Position numbers and translations under genes: made by a program
Assembly (NCBI GenBank): GCA_964276515.1
Contig: OZ193909.1
Coordinates: forward strand, 11,718,001-11,782,000
Direction of reading: 5' to 3'
Source of the DNA: Gordius albopunctatus
Taxonomy: Eukaryota
DNA length: 64,000 nt
The notes under the pieces: model-generated
What the model was told of the DNA's origin: nothing
What the model saw: only the letters and a program-made list of their open reading frames with translations
The model's database searches: none
Shown here: positions 24,407-38,752 of the stretch, piece after piece
Numbering within the stretch: the first letter of the stretch is position 1
Layout: the number at the start of each line of letters is the position of its first letter

Positions 24407-25693
24407 GTTTCGATACTATATTGTGCTCATATTAATTAAATTTAATAAAGCAAGGTGTCAAAATCGAAAATGAATCCGGCACATTTGCCAACTGCTCAAA
24501 GGTTATATAAAGCGCATTTTAGTACATATCAAAATATAAAATATATGAAATAAGGTTATATAAACAACATGTTTTCAATTATTTAAAATAATGTTTTCCT
24601 TATTTAAAAGTTATAATATAAGTAAGTAAAGATGTAAGAGTATAATATTATAGCATAATAAGAAACGGTTTCAGATTCACTCACCTAGGTTTTGATTGTA
24701 ATATTTGTAGAATGATTAAATATATATTTGAATAATGAATCATCTTTCATACATTTTTTATCCTAGAAAAAGTGAAATGAGAGTAAAATTTTAATGCAAA
24801 TTTTACAATAAAATAGTGAGTCATCAATCATAGTTTTTATATATTATAAAAAATTAATTTAGATTTACTTATCTAGCGTAAATTCTATTAAGAAGTTCAA
24901 TTTTAATATGGGGAATAAAATTTACTTAATCTATTTATATGTACAATAAGTTTATATTCTTATGGGATAGAATTAAACTTTAACAATTAACGAATGGTAA
25001 TACTCTAGATTTGTTTTGTGATTTAATTTTGATATACAAATGACATATTTTTACTTATGGAAAGCAATATAAAGTTTATCATGTCTGTAAACAAATACTA
25101 TCAATTGCTTCTGACAAATAGATATGCGATGAAAGTGATACTAAATTTCCTACTTGTAGTTCTTACTCAATTACATCTTATAAACATGATTACTGGCAAT
25201 ATTTATGAATCCGTAATTAGTAAGCTGTATGATATAATAAAAAATGTATTAAGATGTAGATATTATAGATCTCCATGGGCAGGGCCTACGAACGGGCTTT
25301 GTATCATAAAAATTTAAACGAGTCGGGTCCGGACGGGCTTATAGCTTCGTATATTATTTTATAATTTAGTTCAATTACTTAGTTTTTTTCCAAATTAACA
25401 TCATAAATGATTTTATGCAGCTTCACTAATAAAAATTTAACTTGTTGGAAGAAACAAAAGCCTGTTTGCGACTGATGTATTTAACAATTGAAAATTTTCA
25501 ACATATTAATAATTGTTTTGGTATTGACAAAAAATGCACGACTCTATTTTTTTTGGTTTTTAAGTTTTTTTCCAATATTTTATTTATGTGTCAAAAATTA
25601 ATTCATGCGATTGTAAATACATATATACATAAATATTATCAATAAATTCATATACATCAATTTCATTAAGGCTATATTGATTTACCATTGTAT

Positions 25694-27460
25694 TTATATT
25701 GGTGTTAATATTGCGATATTTCTTGCTGGTAGCAAACACCTGCTTACCTTGAGAAATATGCAATAAATTAATTTCCATAATGGTTTGTTGTTTACATAGG
25801 CATTCAATGAAATCATATATAACGGGGTGGGCCCGGCCAACAAGGCATTATCCCAGTTCCAGAGCAAGAATCTCTCACCGTTTTCGGTGAAGCGATGCTC
25901 CGGATCTAAGATAATCTCCCTATTGTTGTCCGGGTCCTTCACTCTCTTAGGATATACTCTTGGAGAGTTTGCCTTATTGATTTGAATGTAGGGGTTGCCT
26001 TTGGATACAATACCAGGTCAGGTACTTCGCGTAACCGTCTGGCAGTGATCTTATGGTATAGCGTCCTCAATTTCTCCCGAGGTTCTGCCAAAACTGCCTC
26101 CTTCATATCCCTGATAGTAATTAAAAACTCATATTCCTCCCTAGATTGCTCATGGTTATGCCCGTGAGTAACTTCGGGGGAGGTTGTAATTTTTGCCTTG
26201 CCAGGGCAACTCCTCGTCCTACACCGATAGTAGGTAGTAGACGGGGCTCTTCTTGTTTTGTAATACAGATAACCACAAAAGTAAAGAAGGTAACTTTTGC
26301 CAGATGGAATAAAGCGCATGATATCTAAAAAAGGTAATAAAATTTATTATGTAAAATATAACTATTACTTTGCTGACTGCTTTGTATTCGTTCCACTACA
26401 TCAACCAAAATTTCTGCATCCTGATTGAGCCTAAAATATATTATAAATTTTTATTTAACTAATACAATAAGCTTGTTTTTTTATAAATTGTAACTTTAAT
26501 TACAACTAGCAAATCTTATAATAAATAAATAACTTACAATTATCGTATGTAGAAATGGTAGAAGGTAAAGCATGAGCTGGGAGAGATTGACTAGGACTTG
26601 ATGTAAAATCTATACAAATTATAATACACTTGAAATGTGTAGTTTGTAAACTTACATCTAATGGATGTATTCACAAATGTAGAGGAAGTTATTATAGGTG
26701 GAGGTCCTCGGGCTTGGACTTGTGAGACATTACCTACATAGATGAATTAGAAAGAATTACACTTGAAATGTGTTGTTTGTAAACTTACATCTAATGCTTG
26801 TATTCACAAATGTAGAGGAAGTTATTATAGGTGGAGGTCCTCGGGCTTGGACTTGTGAGACATTACCTACATGGATGAATTAGAAAGAATTACACCTGAA
26901 ATGTGTTGTTTGTAAACTTACATCTAATGCTTGTATTCACAAATGTAGAGGAAGTTATTATAGGTGGAGGTCCTCGGGCTTGGACTTGTGAGACATTACC
27001 AACATAGATGAATTAGAAAGAATTACACTTGAAATGTGTTGTTTGTAAACTTACATCTAATGCTTGTATTCACAAATGAAGATGAAGTTATTATAGGTAG
27101 AAACATATGCAAATTTACATTAAAGCTTAAGTTTACATTATAAGATTTGAATAAAGGATTAGATTTTAAGTGGTATAAAAATATATTTTGATAATATATT
27201 CTTTTCAAACATATCTTACATATTGATGTATTGCTGATGGAAGGGTTATGACCTCTATTATTAGCCCGTACATTTCGGATAATATCTTAAAAAGTTTGTA
27301 ATATAACAATCAATCTAATAGTTAACTCTAAACTTACTTGTTATATTTCCAAATCTATAATATTCCTGCATTTTTTCCCCACTTTTATATCGACGTATTG
27401 AAAATCACCAAATACCATAATTGGTTTTTGATTTGGGGATAATATAAATTCAATAGACAT
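25694..27460 (-). pseudogene. Truncated, frameshifted FLYWCH-MULE transposase gene with tandem exon repeats
   Basis: YLYYK..YYRCRTRSCPG..HGHNH FLYWCH and GERFLLWN, homologous to 28597-29186; no DDE core; frameshifts near 25940 and 27395. Confidence 0.75.
26620..27100 (-). repeat. 133-bp tandem repeat (about 3.5 copies): 78-nt exon + 55-nt intron
   Basis: Period from 26698/26831/26964; ag|GTAATGTC...ATTAGAT|gtaag. Confidence 0.85.
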
Positions 27461-27631
27461 GGAATAATGATAAAGCGTAAAAGGAAATGTTCAAAATGTG
27501 TGGGAATTAACGAATGTTCAAAATTCGTGGGAATTAACGATCGTTAATAACTTATTAACCATCGTTAATAATCTATTAACGATATAACTGATGAGCAGTT
27601 GGCACTTGAGCATGTAGGATCGAAAATAACC

Positions 27632-28040
27632 ACTCCTGCACAGCCTACAGATTTTCCAGCGTCACGACGACCAATCATATATGCCCAATTTTTTGCAAAA
27701 GACATGTCATAACACTAACGTCATGGGTCATAACACTATCAGCGTGTGTCATAAGATAAATTTAAACAACCAATCAGATTATCGCAAAATAGTTGCAATC
27801 TTTAATTTTTTTTATTAATTTTTACACAATTTAGACGGTAAATCCGCTCCTGCACAGCCTTCAGATTTTCCATCGTCACGACGGCCAATCATATATGCCC
27901 AAATTTTTGCAAAATACATGTCATAACACTAACGACATGGGTCACAACACTAACAGCGTGTGCCATAACACTAAGGGCGTGTGTCATAAGATAAAATTTA
28001 AACAACTAATCAGATTATCGCAAAATAGTTCCAATCTTAA
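27632..28040 (+). repeat. Duplicated about 200-bp block upstream of the MULE gene (subterminal or promoter region)
   Basis: ctcctgcacagcct...gattatcgcaaaatagtt occurs at about 27633 and 27847; contains CCAAT motifs and cataacacta repeats. Confidence 0.75.
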
Positions 28041-28060
28041 ATTTATATTATTTTAGCAAC

Positions 28061-30182
28061 ATGAGCCACATTTCTGCAATTACCGAAACATCAAAACGTG
28101 AGAGTATTTGTAGTAATACATTGTGTATGAATTTTTAAAATATAAAACTTTAGGTCAACCTCTAAATTTTGTGAGAATGTGTCTCATTACAACTGCTCCT
28201 AGGATAACTTTGCCTGGAACTGCTTCTCCAAGTATATTACCCTAGGATTTTTTGTACTTTTTAGGTCCACAAGCTGGAAGAATAAGTGCAATAGCTCCTC
28301 GTCCACCTAATTTTCCAATTCAAGCACAATTATTTGCCTCTCCAAGTATATTACCCTTGGATTTTTTGTACTTTTTAGATCCACAAGCTGGAAGAACAAG
28401 TGCAATAGCTCCTCGTCCACCTAATTTTCCAATTCAAGCACAATTAGATGCCTCTCCAAGTATATTACCCTTGGATTTTTTGTACTTTTTAGGTCCACAA
28501 TCACTTCAAGATGCTATGCTTCTCATGGATGTTACAAATCAGATGGAATCAAGCGAAGGTATGTATATTTTATTTAAGCTTTTTATATTATTTTAGCATC
28601 ATCTCCAGAGTATATCAGATCAAATGGAGGAGTAATACTATATTGCTCCTCTTATCTCTATGCTAAAAGCAGGAAGGCCTCAGAGAAAACCTACTACAAA
28701 TGCCGCGACTTCTCTTGCCCCGCAAAAGCCTTGGAGGTTGATGGTAGAATTCTTATCAATCGTCACCATAACCATGAACCTCCAAGGGAAGAATACGAGG
28801 CTTTGGTGACGAAGAGGGAGTTGAAAAACGCTGTTGCGTCTAATCCCGGTGTCAAAATTAGCAAAATTTATCATCAAACCATAAGCGCCCGAATGCTTGA
28901 GGTGCCTGACCTTACGGAATTTTCTATGGCTATGCCATCTTTTAAAGCCGTAAGGTCGACGATGAAAAGGGGCGTTATTAATAGGCTTCCTATACCTGCC
29001 AACAGAAGTCAAATTATTTTGACTGAAGCCCAAACACTAACTCCGAGGAATGAGCGGTTCCTTTTATGGAACGAAAATAACAACTTGTTAATTTTCGGGA
29101 CCCCTTCTATGTTGATAATCTTGTGTGAGGTAACCTCAATCTACATGGATGGTACCTTTAAAGTATGCCCTACTTTATTCTACCAAGTAATTAATTTTAT
29201 GCGTTAATAGATTTGAGATTTTAGCTTTACACCATACACGGGTACTATAAGGATCATATGATCCCAATAGTTTATGCCTTCATGCCCGACAGGAAGCGAT
29301 TAACGTATTGTGCTATATTTGATAAGTTGAAAGAGCTTTGCCTAGAGTTTAATTTGGAATTAAACCCGACCTATATACAAATAGACTTTGAGCGCTCTGC
29401 GAAGAGCGCTCTTCAAAGGTGTTTTCCGAATGGTGTGATCAAAGGTAATAATTTATCTGTCGTACTAATTTTTTATTTAAGGTTGTTTATTTCATTTTTC
29501 GAAAGCCTTGGTGAGGCGAGTAGAAAAGTTGGAATTCAAAAAACAATACCTAAGTGATCAGAACATTCGAAAAATGGTCCGAAGGGTGTCCGCTTTCTCT
29601 TTCTTACGATATGAGGACGTTTTAACCGTTTTTCAAGCCTTCTGGGATGACCCTATTGTCTCCCAGCATGCAAAATTACGTTCTTTTTTTTCGTATGTAT
29701 TTAACACTTGGGTGAGCCACTCAGCCACATTTTCCTATGAAATGTGGCAGAGATACGAGGCTGTTGGTCCTAGGACCAACAATCACCTCGAGGGTTATCA
29801 CAATTCCCTCAAATCTCTTATTGGAGTATCCCATCCCGACATTTACACTTGCGTTTCATTTTTAATTCAAATTAACACCAAGGCTGAGATTAATATTTTT
29901 CAAATTGATCAAGGTCAAGTATTATTTTCTATAAAAAAACATGTACGCGATAAAAATACGCGTATTAATATTTTACGCGATTTATACATGGATACATCGC
30001 GTAATTACAATATTTTAAACTATGTAGACAATATAGCTAAATATATATCATATAGTGGTACTTCGCGCGTTTATAATCTTGTTAATTTTTCTTCGAACTC
30101 GCATTTTGATAATAATTCGCTTGATGTTAATACTATTTCGCGTGAAAGAGACACTAGTGATTATACTAGTGACTCCGAATAA
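28061..30182 (+). CDS. Apparently intact Mutator-like (MULE) transposase with FLYWCH domain, 617 aa, 8 exons
   Basis: Exons 28061-28097, 28154-28231, 28265-28345, 28379-28459, 28493-28558, 28597-29186, 29225-29444, 29482-30182; FLYWCH, YMDGTF, IDFE, GCLFH and TNNHLEGYH. Confidence 0.88.
28222..28500 (+). repeat. 114-bp tandem repeat: 33-nt intron + 81-nt exon
   Basis: gtatattacc at 28232, 28346 and 28460. Confidence 0.9.
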
Positions 30183-30275
30183 AATCTTTGTTGTAAAGTA
30201 ACATGCTATAGTAATCACACGTGGTGTAAATAATTGCTAAAGGGGTTAAACAAATTTTAGGGTTAACTGACATGC

Positions 30276-30645
30276 TTTATTATAGAAAAGTAAAAAATAT
30301 ATAGTGTACTTTAAAAAAAATACAAGAACGAAAATATTTATAAAAAATGATTGAAAGACATTATCCGTTTCTTCGTCTTCTTTATGTATTAAGTACTTTA
30401 AAAAAATAAAGCGCTTTTCCCTAACATCTATGAGCACGGCGAGACGATAGGATTAAAAATGGAGGTTTCTAATAAATCTGAATATTTTGCGGATTTACGA
30501 TGCTCTGATGATCCTAGGGGGTCGGGAGTATCGCTGAAGGGTGCAAACAGGTCAATACAGGAGTAGGCATTTTCTAGAAAAAGGTCTTTATCTCATGGGA
30601 CAAGTGACGAATCGTCAGGACGCATCCGCCCTTCGAAAAAGTGAA
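30276..30645 (-). mobile_element. CRE-like 3' fragment
   Basis: Reverse strand encodes GRMRPDDSSLVP and IDLFAP; 3' UTR resembles 8730-8820. Confidence 0.7.
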
Positions 30646-32157
30646 CTCAACGACGCTGCTCTGTATGCAACTAAGCAACAATAATTTTATGCCCATACTG
30701 CAATATCAGACCTCACATTTATTGTTGATCATCGTTTTAATATAATTAACTTTTTTTCACTTATCTTAGTCATTTAATAAAATTTTAAAATGAGCTTATT
30801 TTTATGCCTCCTAGTGTAACCTTTAGGTGGCACCCCTTTATTTCCGGAACTAAGTAATTTTTTCAGAATTTTTGAATTATTTATCTAGAGCATATTGAGA
30901 TGCCTCAAAAAATATTTTATAGAAATTGGTTCGGGCGAACTAGAAGTGTTACCTGCAAGGTTAAATTGAGTTGATTTATAATTATTATTTAACTCTTCAT
31001 TAATTTAAAGTATATGATAATTTTATTTTATACCATAACTTATGATAATTTTTGGGTATTATATATGAGAAGAATAAACATTTACGTTTTGGATATCATG
31101 TATTTCAAATATCATGTAATATATAAATATAAGAGTCAAAAAGTTGTAAATGCTAAAAACTTTGAGAACAATATCAATGTATGCTATATACAAATAGAAT
31201 GTAAACAAATAGTTTATTTACAATGTTAAAGTAACATTATTTCTTAACAAACAACATTTTTTTATCATTCACTCTTTAAATTAGTGCCTTTCCATTATTT
31301 AAAATATTTGATATCTGACAAAAGAGTTTTCAAAGACAAAATGTCACGTTCCTCCTCGTTTAAGCACTCACATTTCTCAATATTTATGAATCATCTAATG
31401 TCTTATTGTGGGTGTTTCCTTACAAACCCTTTTCATAAAGATTATATTTTTATAAAACTGCCATTTTTTTCCTTCTCCAGATCTTGTGCTAATATAGAAC
31501 ATAAAATATTATATAAAAAAAACTACACATATAATATAAGATTAAGATATTAATAGGTTTGTGTGAATTTAGATAAGGCATTGCTATACTTATACAAATA
31601 ATATAAGGTTATACACGATATTAAGCATTTTTTCAACATGTTATAGTTAAAATTACATTAGTCGAAATGATCATTTTAATTTGTTGATATAAAACTATAT
31701 ATTATTTAATTTACAATATTTTATCCTTAATAAAACTACTAAAGTACAATTAAATTTACAATGACTCTTCATATGTTAGCTATCGGATAAATATCAGTTC
31801 ATTTGATATAGAACATTATACATGATCCTATATTATAAAAAATAGAATCATATATTATTATATAGCAAACTAATATATTTTCATTTATTTATGATAAACT
31901 GCTCATATCTATAGTCCTGACAGGCAACTATTTAATATCAATACATTGTTATTATAAAACCTTTACTATATAGTTAATTAATATATATTAATTATACAAT
32001 AGTATTTAATATTTTAATATTAAATGAAATTTGTACAAAATACATATATTTTTCAATATTAATTTGATGCTTCAGATATATTGTATAATTTGTCAACCTA
32101 GTCTCGATGTTAAAATTTCTCGATGTTGTGCATGATTCAAAATAACACCTTGAAAAC

Positions 32158-32427
32158 AGTGCCCTATCAACTCGCCGAAAACAATCTTGCCGAATTCATC
32201 CTGAGACATTAACGAACACCTCTCTATTATCATAAAGAAGGCCCTAAATTGAGTACTTTTATAATAATTATCAATTTTATTATAAATAATGTCTAAATAT
32301 TAACTTTAATCCGAAATTGAATGGTTAATAGGCTTATTTGTTGGGGAAAATTTTTAATTGAGGGACATTTTTTAACATTGGGACATTCAATTCGGCAAGA
32401 TGGTTTTTGGCAAGTTGACGGGCCACC
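32158..32427. mobile_element. MULE-type MITE
   Basis: 9-bp TSD cttgaaaac; long TIR shared with 44275-44449. Confidence 0.85.
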
Positions 32428-32499
32428 CTTGAAAACACATACGAGACACGTCACAGTGACGTAGCCAGCTCTACGCAGTTGGCGCAAAAATATCGATGC

Positions 32500-32895
32500 A
32501 GCTAAAGTCTCATGCTAGGAACTTACCATCCTCCCAGGGGATCATAGAAGCTCCGTCGGGACGCATTCTATCTTGTAAAGAAGGATCGGATGGTTCAAGG
32601 ATCTTTTTTAAAGCCGATTGGATTAAAAGGTTTATCTTTGATGTCGGATAAAGCGATATTTGTTTAACTTGCAATAAAGTGGGTGATGAGCCCAGATATC
32701 TAGTTCCTTATTGCAATTTTTGCAGGGATATTCTATGGTAACTTTAATACCTAGGCGGAGAGCTATTTCATACGAAACTTCTGGATTTGAAAGCAAAAGT
32801 CCTGAGTGTTTACTTGGGATACATTCAAGCCATTCGTGACCAGAGTCGGCCGTAAGTGACCTGAGATTAAAATGCTGCACAGTATCACAACTCGA
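32500..32895 (-). mobile_element. CRE-like fragment
   Basis: WLECIP..IALRLG..CKNC..HPLYC..RH, then RMRPDG. Confidence 0.75.
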
Positions 32896-32902
32896 ATTCT
32901 TA

Positions 32903-33149
32903 CGAGATGGGAGGGGAAGGGGGAAGGGGCGTTTTGCCCCCCCCCCCCCTATTTTTTATCCTCTTTCTCACCAGAGGGGAGATGGGGGCCCCGGTGAGAA
33001 AGAGGATAAAAAATAAGGGGGGGGGGGAACCACTCTCCGCTCCTCCTCCCCCTTGGTAAGAAAGAGGGTAAAAAATAGGCGGGGGGGGGGGGCAAAACAC
33101 CCCCTCCCCCCTGGTGAGAAAGATTGTAAAAAATAAGGGGGGGGGGGGA
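32903..33149. repeat. G/C-run-rich internally repeated foldback insertion
   Basis: Repeated ggtgagaaaga.gataaaaaataag(G)n units, one inverted; flanked by aattctta twice. Confidence 0.5.
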
Positions 33150-33458
33150 AATTCTTAATTTATTTATGATATATAATATGAGCAAACATTGTAAGTAACT
33201 AAAAAATTTTAACAAAAGCAATTCAATCTACTATCTGCTCTAATTTCCTGCTCGAGCTCCTGCTAAATTTTTTAACAGATTTGGCTGCTTCGACTAACCT
33301 CTCGAGCATTTTTACGTGCTACTGTTAAAACTATTGCACCGAACAGTTAGCACTCATTGTGCTAAACTAGCATATTACCCAGCTACTGTTCGTGCTCACG
33401 TTTTTAGTTGAAGCTAATTAGCAATTTAACAACTATACTAGCACCCATCTTAGCATCC

Positions 33459-34352
33459 TCATCTCCATGGTGGCAAGGCGCTGCTCTTCTCTTTTACGTA
33501 TAACCCATGATTCCGAGCTATACAGGACTGTTGGCTGTATGATAGACCTATACAATGTACCTTATAGTCTTGTAATGTTTTGTCGCACAGAATGCTTGTG
33601 AAGTCTCTCCATTTGAGCCTTCCAAAATTTATCCATGCTTGAATTTCTTTATCCATTCAACCATCTGATTGAAGTGTTGATCCTAAATATTTAAAGGAAT
33701 TCACGCTTGTAAGTTGCCAATCGCCTAAAGTAAGAGATGCACATAGCTGATTTCCATCTAATTTAAACTTTTTCTTCGTATATTCTATTTTCTTTCGATT
33801 TACCCTGAGATTACTTTCTTTTATTGCATTTATCCATCTATTTACAGTATTAGCCAATTCTTGTTCACTTTTGGCACAGAGGATTATATCATCTGCGAAG
33901 ATCATTGCCCAAGGAGCTTCCTACCCTTGGTAATAATATTCATTATCATTATGAATATGAAGGAACAAAGAGCTTAAATTGATAGACTCGATTGTTAATC
34001 ACAAAGCCCTTTGTAGTCCCCACCGTCGTTCTAACGTATGTTCTATTTCCCCTCTACATATCTTTTATGGCTCGTATAATTCTGTCACATCGTTTTCTTT
34101 AAGACATTTCCACACTAAAGTACGAAGGACTTTTTCAAACGCTTTTTACATATCGATGAAACACATGTGCAAATCGTCCTCATTTTCTCTGAATTGTTCC
34201 ATTAATATTCTAACACTGTTCAGGGCATTTGCTGTAGACCTCTCCGGCGTAAATTCGAATTGGTTTTCTCGAATTTGTACTAAACTCCGAAAACGTTTTT
34301 CGATCACTTTTTCCCACGCCTTTAGAGTGTGACTCATAAGCTTTATCCCAAT
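33459..34352 (-). mobile_element. RTE LINE fragment (second family)
   Basis: MSHTLKAWEKV, MCFIDM, MIFADDIIL and FKYLGS; matches 63300-64000. Confidence 0.85.
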
Positions 34353-35159
34353 TAGCTTAGATTCTTAACAAATCTTAGCAGCATAAATTTTGACTTTAGT
34401 GAATGCTGCAACAATAATTTGGATAGAAAAGCTATTTTATGATTATTTACAAATTATTCAACGTTTAGAATGTTTACAAAAAATTTTAAACAGAAATGAG
34501 TTGGTTCATTCACTATAATAAATGGTTAGCGTTCAAATATGCAACCGATAAAAATGTAAGTTGATACAAATAGTTGTTACCTCATACCTCTCTAATTTTA
34601 TACATAATTATCAATTAAATGCTAATGGTTGACTTTTAGAGCTGGTATTTCAAGAACATTAATAGAATTTTTTTCAATACTAAAGCCCCTGAAGTGTGAA
34701 CCTATTTACTATGATTTATAAAAAAGTGTGAGTATAGAAATAAAACTATTTAACTACAAGTGAGATTAAATATAGGAATGAATGATATTAATATATTATT
34801 TGAGCTTGATTATTAAATATTTATAATTAAAATTAGTCGATAAAAATTAGCGGTTCATAGCAACTGTTATTCAATTTTGTAAATGAATTTAAAATATCGT
34901 CTAAGGTGAATTTTACAGCATGATTCATGTGATGAAGTTCAAACGTGTTTAGTTTATTTTTCAACGTTTATACTTTTGTTTACATTTTTTTTGCATATTC
35001 CTAAATCCCATATGGAGAACTTTCGAGATAGTATAAAATTTTAGGCCTTGTACTAAAATACTATTTGCAAAAATAAATGGACCGTTGCCATTAAGATGAA
35101 ATTAGCATTACTGCAGACTCAACTTTAGAAGTACTTTTATAAAAAATTATAATGAAGAT

Positions 35160-35800
35160 TAGTGATCAAAAAACCGAGATCATAAGAGATAAGAATTATA
35201 ATAATAGAGTCGAGACGAGAAATTCGACCTCGAGACGAGACGAGTTTTTATATTCAAGATCTCGGCTTAAAATTTTCTGTGTTGCGTATAAATTAAACTT
35301 AGTTTATATTTCTATTTTGTATGATTCACATTTAGGATGTTAAATATATATTGATGTGATTGGGATTCCTTTAATATTGAATATTTAACACACCCGTTTA
35401 ATTAGTATTAAAAAAATATCCACGTAAAATTTTAATTTTAGCAATATTAATGACCTTTACGGCTTGTTAATAATTCAATATATTTATTACATATTTTTAT
35501 CCTGAGCATTATTATAAAAATACAAACATGAGTTTTGATAAAGTGGTAAATATTTTTAAACATCTCCAAATATTGCAACAATTATATCATCCTTTCTAAT
35601 GTGATGATGTTTTAAATGGTTAATTAAACAAAGTACCTTATAAAGTTGACTAAAATTGCTAAGATTTTGTGAGCACACCAGCTATTTCTGTCCCTGCAGA
35701 ACTATTGATTTCTAGAGCATTTTTCACTATTTAAAAAGACCATAATAGATTTAATCATAAGTCTGCCTAATTTTATGATTGAACTCATCATGGCACTCTG
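35160..35800 (+). mobile_element. hAT remnant (GAGACGAGA family)
   Basis: tagtgat terminus with gagacgaga repeats; dimerisation-domain-like TPAISVPAELLISRA near 35675. Confidence 0.6.
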
Positions 35801-36945
35801 AAAATATCAAGGTACAACTTACATTATGCATTTGTTTTGTCCTTTAAATTAAAACCAGGATTTAATCAAATGTAATCGTAAGAGATTTTGGCAAAAGATA
35901 TTAAGAATGAGGTTTAAGAAAATTATGGATACAAAACACGACAACTATTATTAATAAAAATCAGCCTTGCCAAAGATATTGATTCAATGTTAAAACGTTC
36001 GCCCCAATTTCCTTATTTCTTGCCTCGTAGTAATTTTAAAACTCAACGCTCTGGATTAAGCATAAATGCTTAATGAAATAAGAATTCCTAACAATAAGGA
36101 TATCCCAGGTTAAATAACGTACGAGGGATGATGAATAAATAGTACTATATAAAATTAATTTAAATAAAATGAATTTATCAATTCTATACATTAATCTTTT
36201 CCCTTAAAAAAATCTAAATTTCAAAATTGTGGTATGGCCGATCCTAGATTTAGCATTTTTATGAAGCTTCACATAATAACAAAAATACTAGGAATATTTC
36301 ACAACTTGAGAAAATTTTTTAACATTGTCTAAAGTTCCTACATTTTCTTTAACATTGTTAAATTTATCCAAGAAAATGATATGACTGTTAAGTGCCATAG
36401 GGTTGTTTCCAGGGGCTTACGCGAGATATATTATAAGGGGGAGGTATTTTGATATGAAATGTCAATAATAGTGCAGACTTTATACTCTAACTCTAGATTG
36501 AAGAATTTTTATTAATTTTCATAAATATATTAAATTGAGTTCAATACATTACCTTTATGCGTGATATTATGTTTGTATCTATTAAGCGCAGCAACAATTC
36601 GCCATAAAATATATAAAAATTCTCCCCTTAAGCCCAGACTATTGAACCATTGTTTAATGGATAGTTTAAAAATATGACTTTACTTTGGACACCTAGGACC
36701 AAATAGTTTAACCAACAATTGCACCAATGAAATCAGGATAGAGAGACCAAAGGCATCACAGGTTTATTCCTCGATAGGTGGCCAGCTATGAGCCAGAAAT
36801 TTAGAAATACATTTAGCAATTAATATGCTAATTTTCTATCGCTCTTGGTTCAAATGTCCCTAAGCAGAGGCTGGGGGTAAAAATGTTGGCTGGGAGAGGG
36901 CTTGATATTTGGCCGTCTTACGGTATTTTAAAAATATATTTTCTA

Positions 36946-37330
36946 ATAGTACAACTTGTTTTAGTCATATAATAAGCCAATTTTCAAAAAAATATTTTTT
37001 TAATGGATTATGTTGATTATGACAATTGTCACCACTGTGACGGCAAGTCTTCACAAAAATATGTATCCTATAGCACAAATTGTTTTAGTCATATAATAAG
37101 CCAACTTTCAAACAAAAATATTTATTTCTGTAGAAAATGTTTATTATGACATTTGTCACCATAGTGACCGCAAGTCTTCACAGCAATATTTTTTATAATA
37201 GTACAACTTATTCTTGTCATATAATAAACCAACTTTCAGAAAAATATTTTTTAATAAAAAATGTTAATTATGACAATTGTCAGCAGTGTGACCGCAAATC
37301 TTTAAAAAATATTTTTTTTAATAAAGCATA
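36946..37330. repeat. About 125-bp degenerate tandem repeat, 3 copies
   Basis: atag.acaa.tt...gtcatataataa.ccaa...tgtgac.gcaa.tct repeated. Confidence 0.75.
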
Positions 37331-38752
37331 TTGATTCACTGCCTGCATAGATGATGCATAATAATTGATTATAATTGACTAGTATGGGCGTAGCCGGGGG
37401 GGGGGGATTCAGTGAGGAAGCGGCCGCCCTAATGGGCTCGGGCTAAGCCTAGATATAAGTAAGGCCTGCTAAAAGCCCGCTACAAAATTAATTAGGTATT
37501 TATTTGTGAATAAATATAAACAAAGGTTTGTTTTTATATTGTCCCAATTTACAATTAGATTTGATGTTTATTAGATAAACAAGGATTTAATGGCTTTCTC
37601 TCCCCTTTATTTACATATCAAATTTATTAAATTAAGATTTACCGATATATTTACAAGTTGTTGACGTTTGAAAAACGCCAAAATCGCTCTTTTGACAAGA
37701 CGTATAGGGAAAATATTAAAAATAAATTCGTGTTCACCGCGAAAAACTCTACCAAACTCTGCAAACAGTTTACCAGTGGATTTTTCTTGTTGAACCATGT
37801 AATTTACTTCAAAATGTCACCTTTGAATATTTTGTTTGCTTTATCATCCAATCCCAGTCAATTTTCTAGGCTATATGTAAGAATGGCTGTTGTGAAATTT
37901 TGGTCGTCATAAAGAGGAAAAAATTAATTTGTTTAAAAGGTTGCATTAAAGTTTTTAAAAAGAGATTAGACACTATGGCCTTCTGCCTCATATAATATAT
38001 CTACTTCTAATTAGTGTTGTAAAAACGTCTGTGTTTTGTTTGGGTTTAACTAAAATTAACGGTAGACTCTGGCCTGTTCCTCAAATTTCGACTAAGAAAA
38101 ATAGCAAAGGTGAACCAGACAAAACCCAGACGTTTTACAAAACTAGTTCTAATCATCACTTCTGTATAATTTTTTTCTTTGGCAACTAATTACATTCATG
38201 CAAGGATTCTTCCATTGTGTAGGGGGGAAGACTGGAGAACCTCCTTTCCTAAAATGTCTCTTAAAATTTATCTTTTTTAAAATAAATTAGTTGATATAGG
38301 CGTAAAGTTTCTAATATTAATAATTAAATTTTATGAATTCTTAAGTTTATAACTATTATATTTGCCCCTGTCTCAGGGAATCTTTTTTATTCTTTTATTC
38401 TTGAGTCAGTTTATTAAATAATTACGGCCATATGCTTATCCCAATCATCATAAAATAACAAAGCTTTGTTTCTAAACCATTGACACCGTTTATTTCTAAT
38501 ACATCTATAAATACATGGAGCAATAAACATGATAAAGTTATGAAAATTTAACATTTCACTTAACTTTTTATCTTAATAGATATGTATCAATAACATTTTA
38601 AGCTTTTTTCCGAATAGCGTATAAAAATAAGTTAAAAAGGACACATTTGCAATATGCTTTAAACGAGGTCGAGTAGGTTGCTAACCTTTAAACTTATTTT
38701 CTCCAATAAGTAATTTCCCTCGTAGCTAATCACATATGATATATCATATATT

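Noticed and set aside
27588..27626. Hammerhead ribozyme (CTGATGAG...CGAAA)
   Set aside because: No helix II or helix I pairing
31300..31490. Possible small spliced gene on the minus strand
   Set aside because: No consistent frame or recognisable product
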